A stretch of 64,000 nucleotides of DNA from Deltaproteobacteria bacterium. Its GTDB lineage: Bacteria > Myxococcota_A > Polyangia > Fen-1088. The translations under genes were made by a program, and so were the position numbers. The notes under the pieces are model-generated. The model searched no databases. It worked only from the letters and a program-made list of their open reading frames with translations, and was not told the origin of the DNA. The stretch covers positions 256,001-320,000 of the forward strand of contig JANRKS010000007.1 in NCBI GenBank assembly GCA_033763315.1. Reading direction: 5' to 3'. Positions 61,082-64,000 of the stretch are shown here, one piece after another (the stretch's first letter is position 1; every line of letters starts with the position of its first letter).

Positions 61082-62212
61082 ATGCACGGTTTGGCGAACA
61101 GGCTTGGTGTTCTGGTGCTCGTGGCCATGGCCTCCGCTGTGGGAACGAGAGACGCGGCGGCGGTGGAACCGCGTTTGCTGTATCTAAATGTCTCCGATGG
61201 CGATTTCGCGATCTTTGGTGGCCCGGCCGACGACGCGACAGAAAATACCTCCGCGGTGGCCACTGTGGCGCCCTTCCCCGCGTTTACGTGGCCCGCGAGC
61301 GCTGGTGCACCCACCGTTTCACGCGAAGACGCCCGGGCTTATCTGCTCTTTGCTCTTCACAAGGCATTCCTCCCCTACAACGCGGTTTGGACGGACGTGC
61401 GGCCGGTTGCCGGACCGTACACGATGGTGGTTGTTGGCGGGTCGCCTGAGCTGCTCGGCTTCGATCGGCGGGTGGCTGGTGTGGCGCTTTTGGATTGCGA
61501 CGATGTTCAGCCCAGCAACATGGTCTTTGCTTTTCCTGCGGCCGTGCCTGGAGATCTGCACGGTCTGTTCATAACCGCCGCGCAAGAAACCGCGCACGCG
61601 TTCGGCCTGGAGCACACAGAAGATGAAGAGGACATCATGCACGCCAAGCTTGGCCCCGCGCAGTGGACCTTCACCAACCGTGTGAACCTTGTAACCCCAC
61701 CACGTCTTTGCGGCCGTATGGCTCAAAACTCGCACGCGGCCCTGTTGGCGGTCTTGGGCGCCTGGCCGGCGGGGCAGCCCAAGCCGCTGGCGGACGGCAC
61801 GATTCCCGACATTGACCCGCCCGTGATCACAATCAACGCTCCCTCCCCGGCGTCGTTTACGGGCGAAGGCGTGGCGGTGACATTCTCAGCGGAAGACCCT
61901 TCGGGCCTATCCGAAGTTGGTCTGCAAAGCGCGGTGGCCAGCCGGACTTGGAACAAACCCACAAACGGCGTTCCGTTAACGGCACAGCTGGCACTGCCCC
62001 CTCGTGCTGCCGAGATCACCGTGTGGGCCCGGGACATATTTGGAAACCAGATTGCAAAGTCGTTGGTTTTTGACGTGCCCTCGAGCACTGAGCCCGGCGG
62101 ATGCAACGTTGCCGCGCCGCTCCATCGCGCGCGACGGCGCCCCGACGCCCTCGTGACCACACTATTTGTTCTGTTCTTGACCCTGAGGGCTTGCCGTCTT
62201 GCCCGACGGTGA
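61082..62212 (+). CDS. Secreted metzincin-like protein with Ig-like domain and MYXO-CTERM-like tail
   Basis: Signal peptide; [11 protein letters not shown]...DIM and DPPVITI..P. C-terminus is GGC, a hydrophobic stretch and an Arg-rich end. Confidence 0.7.
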   Translation: MHGLANRLGVLVLVAMASAVGTRDAAAVEPRLLYLNVSDGDFAIFGGPADDATENTSAVATVAPFPAFTWPASAGAPTVSREDARAYLLFALHKAFLPYNAVWTDVRPVAGPYTMVVVGGSPELLGFDRRVAGVALLDCDDVQPSNMVFAFPAAVPGDLHGLFITAAQETAHAFGLEHTEDEEDIMHAKLGPAQWTFTNRVNLVTPPRLCGRMAQNSHAALLAVLGAWPAGQPKPLADGTIPDIDPPVITINAPSPASFTGEGVAVTFSAEDPSGLSEVGLQSAVASRTWNKPTNGVPLTAQLALPPRAAEITVWARDIFGNQIAKSLVFDVPSSTEPGGCNVAAPLHRARRRPDALVTTLFVLFLTLRACRLARR

Positions 62213-62244
62213 CTATAACCGGTGGCCCTTTAGAAAGGCCCACC

Positions 62245-62487
62245 ATGCCAAAACTCGGCCTGCATCCACTTTATAAGCCAGCCACCATCTCTTGCGCCTG
62301 CGGTAACACCGTGGAGACCTACTCCACGCGCGGTTCCTTCATGGTCGACATCTGTTCAAACTGCCATCCGTTCTACACGGGCAAGCAGAAGTTCATCGAC
62401 ACCGGCGGACGCATCGATCGCTTCAAGAAGCGCTACGCCGCGAAGCCCGCTGCGGACGCCGACAAGGGCTCCGAGTCTTCGTCGTAA
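62245..62487 (+). CDS. rpmE: 50S ribosomal protein L31 (Zn-binding type)
   Basis: [22 protein letters not shown] and GRIDRF. AGAAAGG precedes the ATG at 62245. Confidence 0.96.
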   Translation: MPKLGLHPLYKPATISCACGNTVETYSTRGSFMVDICSNCHPFYTGKQKFIDTGGRIDRFKKRYAAKPAADADKGSESSS

Positions 62488-62583
62488 TTGGATTTGGGCG
62501 GACTCCTGAACGCTTTGTGCGTTCAGGGACGCCTGGTTCCACCGCGCAAGGGCCAAAGCCCTTGCCGCGAACGGTAGTGCTGC

Positions 62584-63657
62584 ATGCTTGATCCACGGCT
62601 CCTCGGAAAGTTGAAAGAAGTTGAGGCTCGTTACGAAGACCTCGGACGCCAGCTTTCCGATCCCGAGGTTATCGCGAAGCCCGGTCAGCTGAACAAGCTG
62701 GCCAAGGAAGCCAGCGACATGCGCGAACTGGTTGAGCACGTCCGGACCTACCGCAGTTTGGATGAACGGCTCGCGGGCGCGCAAGAGCTCAAGAAAGATC
62801 CCGAAATGCGGGAGCTGGCCGAGCTCGAAGAGCAAGAGGTGCTGGCCACGCGCGACGAGCTTGAACGCCGCATGACCGTCTTGTTGTTGCCGAAAGATCC
62901 GGCCGACGAGAAGAACGTTTTGCTCGAGATCCGCGCTGGCACGGGTGGCGAGGAGGCCGCCTTGTTCGCCGCCGATCTGTTCCGCATGTACATGCGCTTT
63001 GCCGAGCGGCGTGGATGGAAGATCGACATCGTGTCTGAATCACACGCTTCGGCAGGCGGGCTTAAAGAGATCATCGCGCACATCTCCGCCCAAGGTGCCT
63101 TTTCGTTCTTGAAGTTTGAGTCTGGTGTGCACCGCGTGCAGCGCGTGCCTGCCACCGAAGCCCAAGGGCGCATCCACACCTCCACTGCCACTGTGGCGGT
63201 GCTGCCCGAAGTGGAAGAGGTGGACATTCAGATCGATGCAAAAGATTTGAAGATCGACGTGATGCGCTCGGGTGGTCCGGGCGGGCAATCCGTGAACACA
63301 ACGGACTCGGCGGTGCGTTTGCACCACTTGCCAAGCGGGCTCATCGTTCACTGCCAGCAGGAAAAGAGCCAGCACAAGAACCGTGCAACAGCGATGAAGA
63401 TTCTTCGCGCGAAGCTTTTCGAGATCGAGCAAGAGAAGAAGCAAACCGCCGAGCGCGACGCACGCCGTGGGCAAATTGGCTCGGGCGAACGCTCTGAAAA
63501 GATCCGCACTTACAACTTCCCTCAAGACCGCGTCACCGATCACCGCATTGGTCTCACCAAGCACAACCTGCCTGGCATCATGGACGGCGACATCGGCGAT
63601 ATCATCGAGAGCCTGCGTTCACACGCGCAGGCAGAGACGCTGCAAAACCAGCAATAG
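62584..63657 (+). CDS. prfA: Peptide chain release factor 1
   Basis: Motifs [24 protein letters not shown] (PxT, RF1-type), GGQ and IRTYNFPQ. Confidence 0.97.
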   Translation: MLDPRLLGKLKEVEARYEDLGRQLSDPEVIAKPGQLNKLAKEASDMRELVEHVRTYRSLDERLAGAQELKKDPEMRELAELEEQEVLATRDELERRMTVLLLPKDPADEKNVLLEIRAGTGGEEAALFAADLFRMYMRFAERRGWKIDIVSESHASAGGLKEIIAHISAQGAFSFLKFESGVHRVQRVPATEAQGRIHTSTATVAVLPEVEEVDIQIDAKDLKIDVMRSGGPGGQSVNTTDSAVRLHHLPSGLIVHCQQEKSQHKNRATAMKILRAKLFEIEQEKKQTAERDARRGQIGSGERSEKIRTYNFPQDRVTDHRIGLTKHNLPGIMDGDIGDIIESLRSHAQAETLQNQQ

Positions 63658-63661
63658 GCGG

Positions 63662-64000
63662 CTAGGGCTTCACCGCGCCGTTCGCGATGAAAAGCTCAAC
63701 GGTGGCAGTGGCGCCTTTGGCGAGATGCACGTTGGGCGCCTTCGGCGAAACCAGCGTCACTTGTGGATCGAGGTTCAACGCCACGTCGGCCGGCGTCTTC
63801 CCTGCACGCAAACGCACGCTGCGCGCAAAGCCATCGCGCGCGGGACGGATGTAATCCTCGATCGCCACGCCCCCCAAGTCATATTGCAGGTGAGCGCCGT
63901 CGGTCGCCAAACGATAGCCTTTGAATAGAGGCTTCGCGCTGCCGTCGCCAATGCGAAAAAGCGGGGTTTTCCCCGCACGAAACGCAACGCTTCCGATGGG
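63662..64000 (-). CDS. Hypothetical protein, 5'-partial (runs off the window)
   Basis: Frame is open to 64000: PIGSVAFRAGKTPLFRIGDGSAKPLFKGYRLATDG... Confidence 0.6.
   Translation of the reverse strand, partial: PIGSVAFRAGKTPLFRIGDGSAKPLFKGYRLATDGAHLQYDLGGVAIEDYIRPARDGFARSVRLRAGKTPADVALNLDPQVTLVSPKAPNVHLAKGATATVELFIANGAVKP

Noticed and set aside
62584-63657. Possible RF2 with a programmed frameshift
   Set aside because: The ORF is uninterrupted and has the PAT motif of RF1 rather than SPF.

Overview
GC-rich bacterial chromosome segment, very probably from a myxobacterium (Myxococcota). That call rests on a FrzS-type pseudo-receiver/coiled-coil protein, a GltA/GltB-like outer-membrane barrel pair, an MXAN_5187-C-like protein, a MYXO-CTERM-like tail and many Gly- or Asp/Ala-linker lipoproteins. 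About 58 genes are present. Housekeeping genes include tex, pgm, prs, a UvrD-type helicase, arfB, hemH, ligA, manC, PMM/PGM, pilD, rsfS, rlmH, bioA, gpmA, an E1-alpha subunit, hflX, rseP, tsaB, rpmE and prfA. They are mixed with secreted accessory genes: C25 and metzincin proteases, a GH5 cellulase, CBM/malectin proteins, a thrombospondin-C lipoprotein and a DUF1592/DUF1552 pair. I saw no rRNA, tRNA, CRISPR array, transposase or prophage. The most striking observation is a 455-aa lipoprotein (31760-33127, minus strand) in which 32 cysteines form 16 pairs placed exactly mirror-symmetrically around residue 244, suggesting a long disulfide- or metal-stitched hairpin stalk. Other highlights are a probable CTG start for hflX overlapping the frzS stop, a barrel pair with one mature cysteine each, a translationally coupled Omp85-DUF4390-NtrY-like triad, and two small unannotated genes. 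All family assignments come from motif recognition, not database searches.
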